Below are positions 49,472-58,671 of a stretch of 64,000 bases of DNA, one piece after another. The notes below the pieces were generated by a model. It saw nothing but the letters and a program-made list of their open reading frames with translations. It made no database searches and had not been told where the DNA came from. The first letter of the stretch is position 1; the number at the start of each line of letters is the position of its first letter. The translations under genes and the position numbers were made by a program. Source of the DNA: an uncultured candidate division Zixibacteria bacterium (lineage in GTDB: Bacteria; Zixibacteria; MSB-5A5; GN15; FEB-12); the NCBI GenBank assembly GCA_963664195.1, contig OY760907.1:1248001-1312000 (forward strand), in the 5' to 3' direction.

Positions 49472-49794
49472 TTTTTGCTTCCAATATCGCTTTGTTTGCC
49501 CGCCCTCCGGCGGACGACTCGGAATGTACTCTCCTTTACAACAGGCAGTTACGCCCGTCGTTCCAAGGGGGGGGCCAAACCGCACGTATCTGTCAGGATA
49601 CATGGTAGCTCGTAAGGCCAAAAAGTCAAGCCATCGCAGGCGGATTTATTGGAGGGTTACATCTTTGATATGCGGCTCAAAAAAACATTTGACAAGAGAT
49701 TTGGCGGCCCGTAAACATACTGTGCGTGAAGAAACGGCGGACAGAAGGTCGCGGCCGTTGCTGACAACAGACAAAGAGCTAGACGAGGGTTAAT

Positions 49795-49965
49795 ATGCTT
49801 TGCACGCAGTGCGGTGACGAAATCATCGGGCGCCCGGTCAGACAGGGAGAGGACCTGTTCTGCTCGCTGGAGTGCGCCAATCTTTTCTCCGGGGTGTTCA
49901 CCGAAGAGGACGATGGATACTACGAAGAAACCTCGCTCGATGAATACTTCGAGGAAGATGAATAG
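49795..49965 (+). CDS. 56-aa zinc-finger protein with acidic tail (below ORF-track cutoff)
   Basis: MLCTQCG...FCSLECA then E/D-rich tail; RBS GAGG; TTGACA upstream. Confidence 0.75.
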   Translation: MLCTQCGDEIIGRPVRQGEDLFCSLECANLFSGVFTEEDDGYYEETSLDEYFEEDE

Positions 49966-49993
49966 GATTGTTGAATAACCCGGGATCGCTGGA

Positions 49994-50473
49994 CTAATCC
50001 CGGGAAATCTTCAGAATCTCATACTTCAAAATACCCACCGGTATCTTGATCTCGGCTACTTCGCCAACCCCCTTGCCGAGAAGACCGGCGCCTATCGGCG
50101 ATTTGATTGAAATGATGTCGTTGTCAACATCTGCCTCATCAGCCGGAGCGACGGTGTATTCTATTTCTTCACCGCGATCCAGATCTTTGACCAGCACTTT
50201 GGCGTACAGGTAGACCTTGTCGGTCGGAATCTGGTCGGTGTCAATTATCCGAACCCGAGACAGCTTCTCTTCCAACTCGGCGATTTTTCTCTCAATGTGA
50301 GTCTGGGCTTCTTTGGCTGCGTGGTACTCGGCGTTCTCGGAAAGGTCTCCCATCTCCATAGCTCGCTTTATTTCTGCCACGATTGCCGGGCGATCGGTGT
50401 ACTTGCGCTTGTGAAGATCCTGCTCAAGCTTCACGCGCCCCTCTTTGGACATATAGATAGGTTCTTGATTCAT
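49994..50473 (-). CDS. greA: transcription elongation factor GreA
   Basis: GDLSENAEYHAAKE, ISIKSPIGAGLLGK. Confidence 0.97.
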   Translation of the reverse strand: MNQEPIYMSKEGRVKLEQDLHKRKYTDRPAIVAEIKRAMEMGDLSENAEYHAAKEAQTHIERKIAELEEKLSRVRIIDTDQIPTDKVYLYAKVLVKDLDRGEEIEYTVAPADEADVDNDIISIKSPIGAGLLGKGVGEVAEIKIPVGILKYEILKISRD

Positions 50474-50491
50474 GTGGCCCAATATAGTCGT

Positions 50492-51880
50492 TTACGATGC
50501 TTTTTGCAACGTTTCTGGTGTCACTTTGCCCCGGATGAAGAAGAGCAGCAACGAGACGGTCAATCCGGGGAAAATCGGCTGCACGCCTAACCAGTAGGCT
50601 TTCTCTTCTCCGCCGGATAAATACCAAACGGCCGAAATCAAGCCACTGGCAAGTATGCTGGCGAAAGCGTCACGCGATGACAGGCGCCGCCGGCCGACAA
50701 ACGAGAAAAACACCGGAACAAGCAGCGCCGGCGTCCCGATAGAACCAAACGCGTGCCAGATATCTACTACCGACCGGAAAAACAGCGCCCAGCCTATCGC
50801 CAGAACGGCCGACAACACCAACCCGATCCTCGTGAATTTCGCGACTTGATCCTCACCTATCCAGCCCATCCGACGCATGATGTCATTGCCGAAAGTGGAG
50901 GCAGCCAGAAACGAATAAGAATCAACCGTCGACATGACAGTCGCCATCAGGGCCAATGCAAACAATCCCAGCAATCCCGCCGGCAAAACGGCGGTCGCAA
51001 GCGCCGGATACGAGGCTACCGGGTCGGCCAGGTCAGGCAGAATCGCCCTCGCGTACAAACCGCACGAAGTGGTCATGAAATCAAAAAACGCCCAGCAGAG
51101 TATTGCGACAAAAATCCCGTTGCGGGCGGTCGATTCGGTTTTAGCAGCGTAACATCGTTGGAAAAAGGCAGGTTCGATCAGGGTCGCTAGCGCAATCACA
51201 TACCACGTCCCTATGTACCAGCCGGAATTTCCCCCGTTCCAGGTAAGATGCGTCTCCGGCAAATTCGCGACCAGAAAATCTAACCCGCCGTACTTACTCA
51301 CCAGCACACCCAACAGGACCGCAAACCCGACAAACATCAACCCAAACTGCAGGATATCCGTGCGCACCACCGAGTTGAACCCGCCCTGGTAAACGTACAC
51401 AATCGAGGTCACACTTCCCGCCAACACTCCCACCCAGAACGGCCAGCCAAACAACTGCTCGGCCAGGACACCGAGCATCAGGATGTAAGCCGCCGGTACG
51501 GTCATCAAATAGATGATCACCGAACCGAGCGCGGCAGTCTTGTCGCCGTAGACCTGCGCGAGACGGTCCGGAATGGTGAGCAATTCTGACTTCCGCGCTT
51601 TCTTGGCGAGAAACATCGCAAACAGAAACGCCGCCAGATAATACGGCAACCCGAACACCAGCCAGTTGGAAAGCCCGTACGAGTAACTGTACTCGCCAAC
51701 TCCGAGAATTCCCCCGTACCAGGTCGAGACCAGAGAGGCCACCAATGCCGGCAAGGTCAGCACACGTCCCCCGAGTATCATCCGGGAGGCGCTGCTGTCA
51801 CGTTCTAGTCGTTTGACAAACCCCAGTACCAGAAGGAGTACGAGGTAGCCGACAATGAGGGCGTAATCAAACAGAGTCAT
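50492..51880 (-). CDS. sodium:solute symporter, probably thiamine or precursor uptake
   Basis: SLVSTWYGG, GGFNSVVRTD, MSTVDS; downstream of TPP riboswitch. Confidence 0.88.
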   Translation of the reverse strand: MTLFDYALIVGYLVLLLVLGFVKRLERDSSASRMILGGRVLTLPALVASLVSTWYGGILGVGEYSYSYGLSNWLVFGLPYYLAAFLFAMFLAKKARKSELLTIPDRLAQVYGDKTAALGSVIIYLMTVPAAYILMLGVLAEQLFGWPFWVGVLAGSVTSIVYVYQGGFNSVVRTDILQFGLMFVGFAVLLGVLVSKYGGLDFLVANLPETHLTWNGGNSGWYIGTWYVIALATLIEPAFFQRCYAAKTESTARNGIFVAILCWAFFDFMTTSCGLYARAILPDLADPVASYPALATAVLPAGLLGLFALALMATVMSTVDSYSFLAASTFGNDIMRRMGWIGEDQVAKFTRIGLVLSAVLAIGWALFFRSVVDIWHAFGSIGTPALLVPVFFSFVGRRRLSSRDAFASILASGLISAVWYLSGGEEKAYWLGVQPIFPGLTVSLLLFFIRGKVTPETLQKAS

Positions 51881-51886
51881 GTACGC

Positions 51887-54322
51887 TTAGAACAACTCAA
51901 GTGATATCTGCCCGAAGAACGTCCGTTCCGGCGCGACGAAATACTCGGCCCAGCCACCGGCGCTCGCACCTTCTTTCCAATTGCCGCCGTAGCCGGAGAA
52001 CTCGTATTTCTTGTCGCCGAGATTGTCAATCCGACCCGTCAACGTCAGACGCCCCATGTTCAGGAAGTCCTCAAACGTGTATCCGGCCGAAACCGAAATC
52101 ACTGCGTACGGATCAAGCGACAGGTCGTCGATATTCCACAGCTCGACATACCGACGTCCCACAAACCGCAGCCGCCCGGTGAGGCTGATGCCGCTGTTGT
52201 CGTAGCTGACAATTGCATTGCCGATGTAATCCGGGAAACCGGTGGTTGTTTTGTCTTTGAAGTCAAGGCCTTCGACGTTGACATACTCCTTAATGCGGTT
52301 GTAATTGTAGGAGAAATTGGCATAGCACGTGAGCGAGTTTGACGCGCTCACCGTCAACGCTGTTTCGATCCCCGAGTGCATGGACCGGTCGGCATTGGTG
52401 GTGATAGGCAAACCCATATCATCCACACCGCCCTCAGGAATGATCTCGTTTCTGAATTCCATCCAGAACAGGTTCACCTCGGCCGAGAGCAGTCGTGCCC
52501 GGAAGGTGCCACCCAGCTCGAAATCATACACGCGCTCGTTTTTCGCGGTCGGATCACCGAACGTGGGAAGCCCGTCGACACCAACTCCGGTGACCTTGAG
52601 TGAAGGCACAAGTCCCGGATCGTTGGCGTCATAAATCGAGGCGTCGGTCGGCGTCCGCGAAGACACCGCAAAATTCCCAAACAGGCTGGCCTGCTCAATT
52701 AACTTGTAATTGAGGCCCAAACGGGGAGAGAAGAAAAGCCAGTTGACATCGTATTGATATCCCGCAAACGCGCCGATCTTCTCCTGATCGAAATCGTACG
52801 ACTGGAACCGAAGCCGCCCTGTTGCCTGCGCAGACAAACGGTCAGTCAGTTCGTAATGCTCCTGCACATAGAAAGACCCCTGCCATTTCTTGCCGAAGTA
52901 CTGATAGTACTTGTGTCGCGGATCAAGAGTCCCTCTAATATGCTGCGCCCAGACAACTTCGCCGTGGTGATCGGACTCGAAGTAATACATCGAACCACCA
53001 ATCGTATGACTGCCGCGCTCGTGGCGTATTTCCAGTCGCGGCGTCCAGCCGATTTGGTTTTTCGTCACCCACTGCTGACGCACAAGATCACCGAATCCGT
53101 ACGGAGCGTCGAGAGAGTCCACCTCCACCATCGAGGGATCAATGTTATACTCGGCAAAGTCTCTGCCATCTTTGTACTGTTCGTAGTAGCCGTTGCCGTG
53201 GATATAATACAGAGTGTTGTGCAGCATCGCGTTTCCGCTCAGACGATACGTGTTGTGTAAATGATAATGCGGCTGATTGAAATTGTCCGTCTCGTTCCGA
53301 TAGGTGAGCGGATTCGCAAAACGATTGGCCGTGATGTCCTCTCGCCCCGAACCCCAGTACGCCAGATGCGCCTTCACCGGACCGCCGTAGATGTACAGCT
53401 CGGTCGTCATTTTCGGATCGAGCCGCGCCAGCGAGAAATAATACGACCAGCCCCGGTACCAGGAGTTCTCACGGTACCCGTCGGAGTTCTGCCGCGAGAA
53501 CCGTCCGCTGAAATGCCACCGACCGTCGATCAGACCCGAGGAGTATTCCACACTCTGTTTGTGATAATAACTCGCACGATCTCCCGTGCGTTCGTACGCA
53601 CCAACCCCTGACGTGATTTTCGTTCTCTGTTCACGCGACAGCGAGTTGGTGACGATATTGATTGATCCGCCAAATGAGGCGTCACCGTAGAGCGAGTTCC
53701 CCACCCCGCGCTGCACCTGGATGTCATCGACATTGGCAGCGAAATCCGGCAGATCGAAAAAGTACGTCGCCTGATCCTCGGGGTCGTTCAGCGGAACACC
53801 GTTTATGTAGGTCGTGATCCGTTTGTCGTCGAACCCGCGAATACTCGCGTACGAGTACCCGAGCGAACCGCCGTCGGTGTACGCAAAGAAGTTCGGGGTT
53901 GATTCCAGCAGTACCGGGAACTCCGTGATGGCGTAATCGCGCTCGATTTCCTTGCGTGAGACGTTCGAGAACGCTACCGGGTCAACGCCGGTCTCGGCGC
54001 GATCGCCGCGCACGAGAATATCGGTCCCGCGATAATGCCTTGCTTCAAGCACGACAACTTCGGGGACTTCGTCGATTGTGAACTGACGGGATACATACCC
54101 CACACAGGAAATCGTCACCCGCAAGGCTTCGTCGAGCTTTGAACCCTTGAGCGTGAACCAGCCGTCATCATCGGTCTGCGTTCCAAACCCGTGTACGTCG
54201 GTGATAACTGACACAGACGGCAGCGGTTCTCCTGATTTGCTGGTGACGCGTGAATGCAGCTCCGCACCGAATGCCGGGGACATCAGCAGGAGCGAAGCGA
54301 AAATGGTTGAGATAAATCTCAT
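51887..54322 (-). CDS. TonB-dependent receptor, probably thiamine
   Basis: IRGFD..RITTYINGVPLNDPEDQ, QVQRGVG..GGSINI; TPP riboswitch upstream. Confidence 0.92.
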   Translation of the reverse strand: MRFISTIFASLLLMSPAFGAELHSRVTSKSGEPLPSVSVITDVHGFGTQTDDDGWFTLKGSKLDEALRVTISCVGYVSRQFTIDEVPEVVVLEARHYRGTDILVRGDRAETGVDPVAFSNVSRKEIERDYAITEFPVLLESTPNFFAYTDGGSLGYSYASIRGFDDKRITTYINGVPLNDPEDQATYFFDLPDFAANVDDIQVQRGVGNSLYGDASFGGSINIVTNSLSREQRTKITSGVGAYERTGDRASYYHKQSVEYSSGLIDGRWHFSGRFSRQNSDGYRENSWYRGWSYYFSLARLDPKMTTELYIYGGPVKAHLAYWGSGREDITANRFANPLTYRNETDNFNQPHYHLHNTYRLSGNAMLHNTLYYIHGNGYYEQYKDGRDFAEYNIDPSMVEVDSLDAPYGFGDLVRQQWVTKNQIGWTPRLEIRHERGSHTIGGSMYYFESDHHGEVVWAQHIRGTLDPRHKYYQYFGKKWQGSFYVQEHYELTDRLSAQATGRLRFQSYDFDQEKIGAFAGYQYDVNWLFFSPRLGLNYKLIEQASLFGNFAVSSRTPTDASIYDANDPGLVPSLKVTGVGVDGLPTFGDPTAKNERVYDFELGGTFRARLLSAEVNLFWMEFRNEIIPEGGVDDMGLPITTNADRSMHSGIETALTVSASNSLTCYANFSYNYNRIKEYVNVEGLDFKDKTTTGFPDYIGNAIVSYDNSGISLTGRLRFVGRRYVELWNIDDLSLDPYAVISVSAGYTFEDFLNMGRLTLTGRIDNLGDKKYEFSGYGGNWKEGASAGGWAEYFVAPERTFFGQISLELF

Positions 54323-54427
54323 GACAGTAACCTCCACTAAACAATTACGTGTTCAGCAAGATTCCGGTCCTGAGTCGATAGGTATGCCCGCGAATAAGCA
54401 GGCCGGGGGGATGCTTGGTCGCATTCT

Positions 54428-54506
54428 CCGTTTCCCTACGCCGGTATTACCCGGATCAGGTCGAGGGGGTATATTCTCAGGCGGTCTTTTACGCCACCCC
54501 CAACGG
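54428..54506 (-). promoter_or_regulatory. TPP riboswitch
   Basis: GGGGTG...CTGAGA..ATACCC..GACCTGATCCGGGTAATACCGGCGTAGGGA; P1 CCGTT/AACGG. Confidence 0.96.
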
Positions 54507-54588
54507 AATATTGTATTCGCAGATAAACTACGGGGGAATGGGTCGTGAGCGCAAGCGCTTTCTGGGCCTTGCGATTCAACGGGGCCTC

Positions 54589-54744
54589 GGGTGGCCGGGT
54601 CAAACTTGCTTTGGCCCGGATTCCAACCCCCTCCAAACAAGTTTGAAGGGGCCACCCAGACCGCGACAACGTACCCTGCGCGTGACACCCTCAAGCGATT
54701 TGATACCCACCCCATCAAGACGCCTTCGCCCGCTTGAGGGTGTC
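54589..54744. repeat. cluster of GTG-footed palindromes (REP/BIME-like)
   Basis: GGGTGGCC...GGCCACCC enclosing two hairpins; perfect 14-bp IR GACACCCTCAAGCG/CGCTTGAGGGTGTC. Confidence 0.6.
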
Positions 54745-54772
54745 TTCGGGCGACCGAACAACAATTCGTCGA

Positions 54773-54801
54773 TTGACATGACAAGCCCAATCATGTAGAT
54801 T
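54773..54801 (+). promoter_or_regulatory. sigma70 promoter for two-gene cassette
   Basis: TTGACA-17-TAGATT. Confidence 0.7.
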
Positions 54802-54878
54802 TATGGCGATCATAAATAGCACATACTCATTGTAGCTTTTTTCGACAAGAATATCCGAATTGTTTTGGGGAAACACTA

Positions 54879-55538
54879 ATGAGCATTGAACTCAAACCCG
54901 AAGAACAGAAGCTACGCGACGATGTACAGATTGCTCTCGATACTGTGAGAGAGACATTGATGGGCTCTCTGATTGATGACGAGAAAGCGGGCGAGCAAGT
55001 AAGAAAGATGGGCGAGATGGCTCATCAACTGCATTTGGAGCTGAAACAGCGAGGAAATGAACCCAAACACCATGCCTACATGATCGAGAACAGAGGATTG
55101 TCCCCCGATCACGATGAATTCTATATGCACGTTCATCCAGTGGAGGACTTACTGGCATTCATCGACGACCCGCACGCAAATGATGATCCCGTGGATCAGA
55201 CCGTTGGAGATGAGTTTAGCTTCACTGTGGACTTAAGGCGGTGGGGACACCCAGATACATACAAGCTCACGAGAACGGACATGGGATGGGATGTTGCGCA
55301 GGCAACTCACAGGGGACCCTGCGATAAGACTGGACACCCTGTACTGTACTCAAACTTCACCAATGATCAGGTCTATTATCCATCTGCTCTCAAGCGCCGT
55401 TTGGAGTGGGTTTGGAATCAGGCCGCCGAGCACGGGCTGACTCACGATAATGTCCAAGATGCCCTCGATCAATTAGCGCATTGGGTGAAATCGACAACGG
55501 AGAATGCTCCTTCTGGCGATATCTGGGAGGGTTGCTGA
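54879..55538 (+). CDS. hypothetical protein
   Basis: 219-aa ORF with own promoter; TGATG-coupled to next gene. Confidence 0.8.
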   Translation: MSIELKPEEQKLRDDVQIALDTVRETLMGSLIDDEKAGEQVRKMGEMAHQLHLELKQRGNEPKHHAYMIENRGLSPDHDEFYMHVHPVEDLLAFIDDPHANDDPVDQTVGDEFSFTVDLRRWGHPDTYKLTRTDMGWDVAQATHRGPCDKTGHPVLYSNFTNDQVYYPSALKRRLEWVWNQAAEHGLTHDNVQDALDQLAHWVKSTTENAPSGDIWEGC

Positions 55539-56245
55539 TGAGAAGTTCTTCCTACCAAGCACCCGCTACGTCTAGCGGGGTTGTGACGTTCCTTGATGTC
55601 CTCGGTTGGAAAGGCGTTTACAACCGCATTCAGAATGCAACGGTCGTTCTGAGCGATCTTGTGGATGGTCTTCGGAAACAGGGGGTGAAGCACCGTGGCA
55701 AAGTACAAGGAGAGGTGGACGTTAAGAGCATCTCTGATACTATCGCCATATTTACGAAGTGCAGGGCCAGCGAAGCCTCAAAAGCCATAGACATTCACGG
55801 AGTGCTGGCCCACCATGCGATCCGCCAATCGATTAGCAAAGAAATCCCTCTTAGGGGTGCTATCTCATACGGCGACTTCGATATCCAGCAGAACATCTTT
55901 GTGGGTAAGGCTGTTGATGAAGCAGCGTCGTGGCACGAACACGCTGATTGGATAGGAGTACATCTCACACCGTCCGCGGAGTATGTCTTTGTCGAGGAGG
56001 AGGGTAGCAGTCTCTGGGTGAGATACTCTCCGCCAAACAAACTGCCATTGCACTGGAGTCCACATTGCGTCAACTGGACATACAAGTGGGATGATCGAGA
56101 GTTGGAAATCGGAAGAGTAAAGGACATATTCAGAAGGCTTGGGCCAATTGTCCCCGAGATTGCGGTGAAACTGAACAATACCCTCAATTTCATAAGCGCG
56201 ACGGGAAAACAGCCCGCGATGAGATGGTCTAACAGATTCGAGTGA
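55538..56245 (+). CDS. stand-alone class III nucleotidyl cyclase-like protein
   Basis: FLDVLGWK, SISDT, LRGAISYG, GKAVDEA. Confidence 0.7.
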   Translation: MRSSSYQAPATSSGVVTFLDVLGWKGVYNRIQNATVVLSDLVDGLRKQGVKHRGKVQGEVDVKSISDTIAIFTKCRASEASKAIDIHGVLAHHAIRQSISKEIPLRGAISYGDFDIQQNIFVGKAVDEAASWHEHADWIGVHLTPSAEYVFVEEEGSSLWVRYSPPNKLPLHWSPHCVNWTYKWDDRELEIGRVKDIFRRLGPIVPEIAVKLNNTLNFISATGKQPAMRWSNRFE

Positions 56246-56257
56246 CGCGCTGACTCC

Positions 56258-56285
56258 GGCGGGTTCGAAGACGGACCCGCCCTAC
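56258..56285 (-). repeat. GTAG-type REP
   Basis: GTAG-GGCGGGT-ccgtcttcga-ACCCGCC; GTAG overlaps the GNAT stop codon. Confidence 0.55.
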
Positions 56286-57067
56286 CCCCGCCTGAAAAAA
56301 CCCTCGTTGTACCGGTGCTTGATCTCGAAACCAAGTTTTTCGTAACACGCGATCGCTGGCGCATTGCCATCCTGCACGTTCAAACAAACCGACTTTCCCT
56401 CGGACACAAGTTCCGCAGCTACGCGAGAGGTCACCGCGCTGCCGATCCCCTTTCCCCGAAAATCGGGATGCGTCGTGATATTCCCCAACACCCCGATATT
56501 GAACTCGTTCGAGTGCACGTGCACCCCTGCCACCGCAACAATGCGACCATCGACCACACACCCGAAATACTTCCCGGTTTGTAGCATTCGCGTCACAAAG
56601 TAATTGCCCGGATACGCCGCTTGATACAACTCCAGCAGAGCCGCCTCGTGCGAAGTATCCAATCTCTGAATCTCTTCGGCCCATCGACCGGAATCATCCG
56701 CACGGAAATCAACCAGCTTCATCTTGCAGTGTGATCCAAGATCCTCGAACTCAAAGGACTCGGTGAGAATGACTTTCGATCGCGACTGAAAATGGCAGTG
56801 GAAACTCTCTGGAAGGAGCGGAATCATCTCTCTTAAAAGATGCGGGAATTTCTCCGATACGCCAAACGCCAAAACGGTCGGCGCGGCGAGGTCACGGTAT
56901 ACTAGAATGCAATCGTCGATACGCGGTGACAGGCCATACGTCGCCGCCCATTGACAGTGCTCGAAATGAAACTCGTCCAGATCACCGATGTGATAAGCAA
57001 ACAGGACCGGGTCCTTCCGGAAATGCTCGAGCAGGCGTTTCTTATCCGAAGTAAATATCAGCGGCAT
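56282..57067 (-). CDS. GNAT-family N-acetyltransferase
   Basis: THPDFRGKGIG, NAPAIACYEKLGF. Confidence 0.9.
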   Translation of the reverse strand: MPLIFTSDKKRLLEHFRKDPVLFAYHIGDLDEFHFEHCQWAATYGLSPRIDDCILVYRDLAAPTVLAFGVSEKFPHLLREMIPLLPESFHCHFQSRSKVILTESFEFEDLGSHCKMKLVDFRADDSGRWAEEIQRLDTSHEAALLELYQAAYPGNYFVTRMLQTGKYFGCVVDGRIVAVAGVHVHSNEFNIGVLGNITTHPDFRGKGIGSAVTSRVAAELVSEGKSVCLNVQDGNAPAIACYEKLGFEIKHRYNEGFFRRG

Positions 57068-57109
57068 ATGTTGCAGTGTCTTTTGGTACGTGCGAAGCTG
57101 CCCGCGTAC

Positions 57110-57307
57110 TTAGCCTTTGATCTGGGTGAGTTTGTCGATTACTTCGTCGAGCTGGTCACGTCTGAAGGTCACTCCCTTTTTGGTCGGGAGCCATTCTTCT
57201 TCCTTGCTCAGGAAATAGATTCTCAGCGTTACAAGCTCATGCCCCTTGTACTCTGAGTCTTCGATGATCAATTTTTCAGTCTCGGAGCGTTCCAGTTCAA
57301 ATCTCAT
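57110..57307 (-). CDS. PC4/YdbC-family ssDNA-binding protein
   Basis: EYKG..LVTLRIY...WLPTKKGVT. Confidence 0.85.
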   Translation of the reverse strand: MRFELERSETEKLIIEDSEYKGHELVTLRIYFLSKEEEWLPTKKGVTFRRDQLDEVIDKLTQIKG

Positions 57308-57375
57308 CTTGCGATCCCCTTCTACGATGGTATTGCGTAGTGCCCTTGTTTGCTCGCAACAGTTTCAGTATAGCT

Positions 57376-57873
57376 CTAGCGTTTGTAACCAATCTGGCGA
57401 AGAAACGCGACCCTCTCCGCCTTGTCATCCGGCCCTTCGATATCCAGCGGCGGATAACCGTCGATTACCCCGAGCACCCCCCTGCCTTGACTGGTTTCAG
57501 CGACCAGCACCTGGATCGGGTTGGCGGTGGCACAGAAGATTCGGCAAACCTCGTCGACAGCCTTCACCCGGCGCATGACATTGATCGGGAAACCGTCGCG
57601 AAGATATATCACAAACGAATGCCCGCAGCCGATATCAAACGCGGTCTTCTGTGCTTTCTTGATCAGTGCGTCGTCGTTGCCGTCGAAACGAACCAATCGC
57701 TTCTCCGAGGCTTCACAAAAGGCGATGCCGAACTTCAGCGACGGCGATGCACCGACCAGCGCCTCATACAGATCCTCAACCGTCTTAATAAAGTGCGACA
57801 TGCCAATGATGATATTCAGCCCCTCCGGGATATCAACCTTGACAATATGCTGTCTGAAAATACTCTCAGTCAT
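57376..57873 (-). CDS. adenosine-specific kinase family (DUF355)
   Basis: SHFIKTVEDL, FCEAS, FCATANP, GVIDG. Confidence 0.88.
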   Translation of the reverse strand: MTESIFRQHIVKVDIPEGLNIIIGMSHFIKTVEDLYEALVGASPSLKFGIAFCEASEKRLVRFDGNDDALIKKAQKTAFDIGCGHSFVIYLRDGFPINVMRRVKAVDEVCRIFCATANPIQVLVAETSQGRGVLGVIDGYPPLDIEGPDDKAERVAFLRQIGYKR

Positions 57874-58669
57874 CTTCCACCTCTACAAAAATGGAGTCGG
57901 CCAGCCCGACATTGATTTCCGGATTGCGATAATACTCGGTCCCGGCAAATTCCACACCGATAAACAGCGCCGCCTTGCCTTTTCCCTGGATATCAAACTG
58001 CTGTGGCAGCCAGAAACCGTCGCGGGTCGGCCCGTACATAATCGACAGGTTCAACTCCTTGAGTTTGAACATCGTTTTCTTAACCAGCCTGGCAGGAGAA
58101 AAATCCACTCGTACCAAATGAAACGACGCTGCCTCGAAATAGAAGTCGCCGTTGATCAGACTGTCAATCTCCTCTTGTGCCGTCACTCTGAAGCGGTGAC
58201 ACACATATCCGTCGACTTCCCCTCCGGCCAGCCCGATATACCGGATGTTGTACCGTGCGCGGTTTGCCGGCATGAACGGCTTGAGCATGTTTACGGAGAT
58301 GTCTCTCCCGCCCCGCTTGCGCTTTTTCTCCTTACGATCGCGCGCTTCGCTGCGAAGGTCCTCCTCGCTCTTCAACTCGCCGTCTTTGTAATACCGGAGA
58401 AAATCCTCGCGGAACAAGGCGGTGTCTTCGTCGTACCGCACATACACTTTTTTTAGAAAACGGACCTTGTCTTTGTACGCCTCGCCGTCAGCCTCCCGCT
58501 CGACATACTCGGCGTCGAAAACTACGTCGCGCACCTCAAGCCGCTGCTCACCGTCGACGGCAAGAACTCGCTCAATCAGCGCTTCGGGGTCGATCCCCCC
58601 GTGAGTGTCCGCCGCCGACACCGATACGGCCAGCAGCAAAAACAGCAACATGCTTCTGAACGGGACCAT
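57866..58669 (-). CDS. exported hypothetical protein
   Basis: Signal peptide; beta-rich; in operon. Confidence 0.7.
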   Translation of the reverse strand: MVPFRSMLLFLLLAVSVSAADTHGGIDPEALIERVLAVDGEQRLEVRDVVFDAEYVEREADGEAYKDKVRFLKKVYVRYDEDTALFREDFLRYYKDGELKSEEDLRSEARDRKEKKRKRGGRDISVNMLKPFMPANRARYNIRYIGLAGGEVDGYVCHRFRVTAQEEIDSLINGDFYFEAASFHLVRVDFSPARLVKKTMFKLKELNLSIMYGPTRDGFWLPQQFDIQGKGKAALFIGVEFAGTEYYRNPEINVGLADSIFVEVEDD

Positions 58670-58671
58670 GG

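Noticed and set aside
54531..54760. Second novel ncRNA upstream of the TPP riboswitch
   Set aside because: Wobble pairs favour opposite strands in different hairpins and one palindrome recurs at 63701, so a DNA repeat cluster is more likely
56226..56260. Integron attC site (GTCTAAC) after the cyclase gene
   Set aside because: No matching GTTRRRY end or L boxes, and no integron integrase in the window
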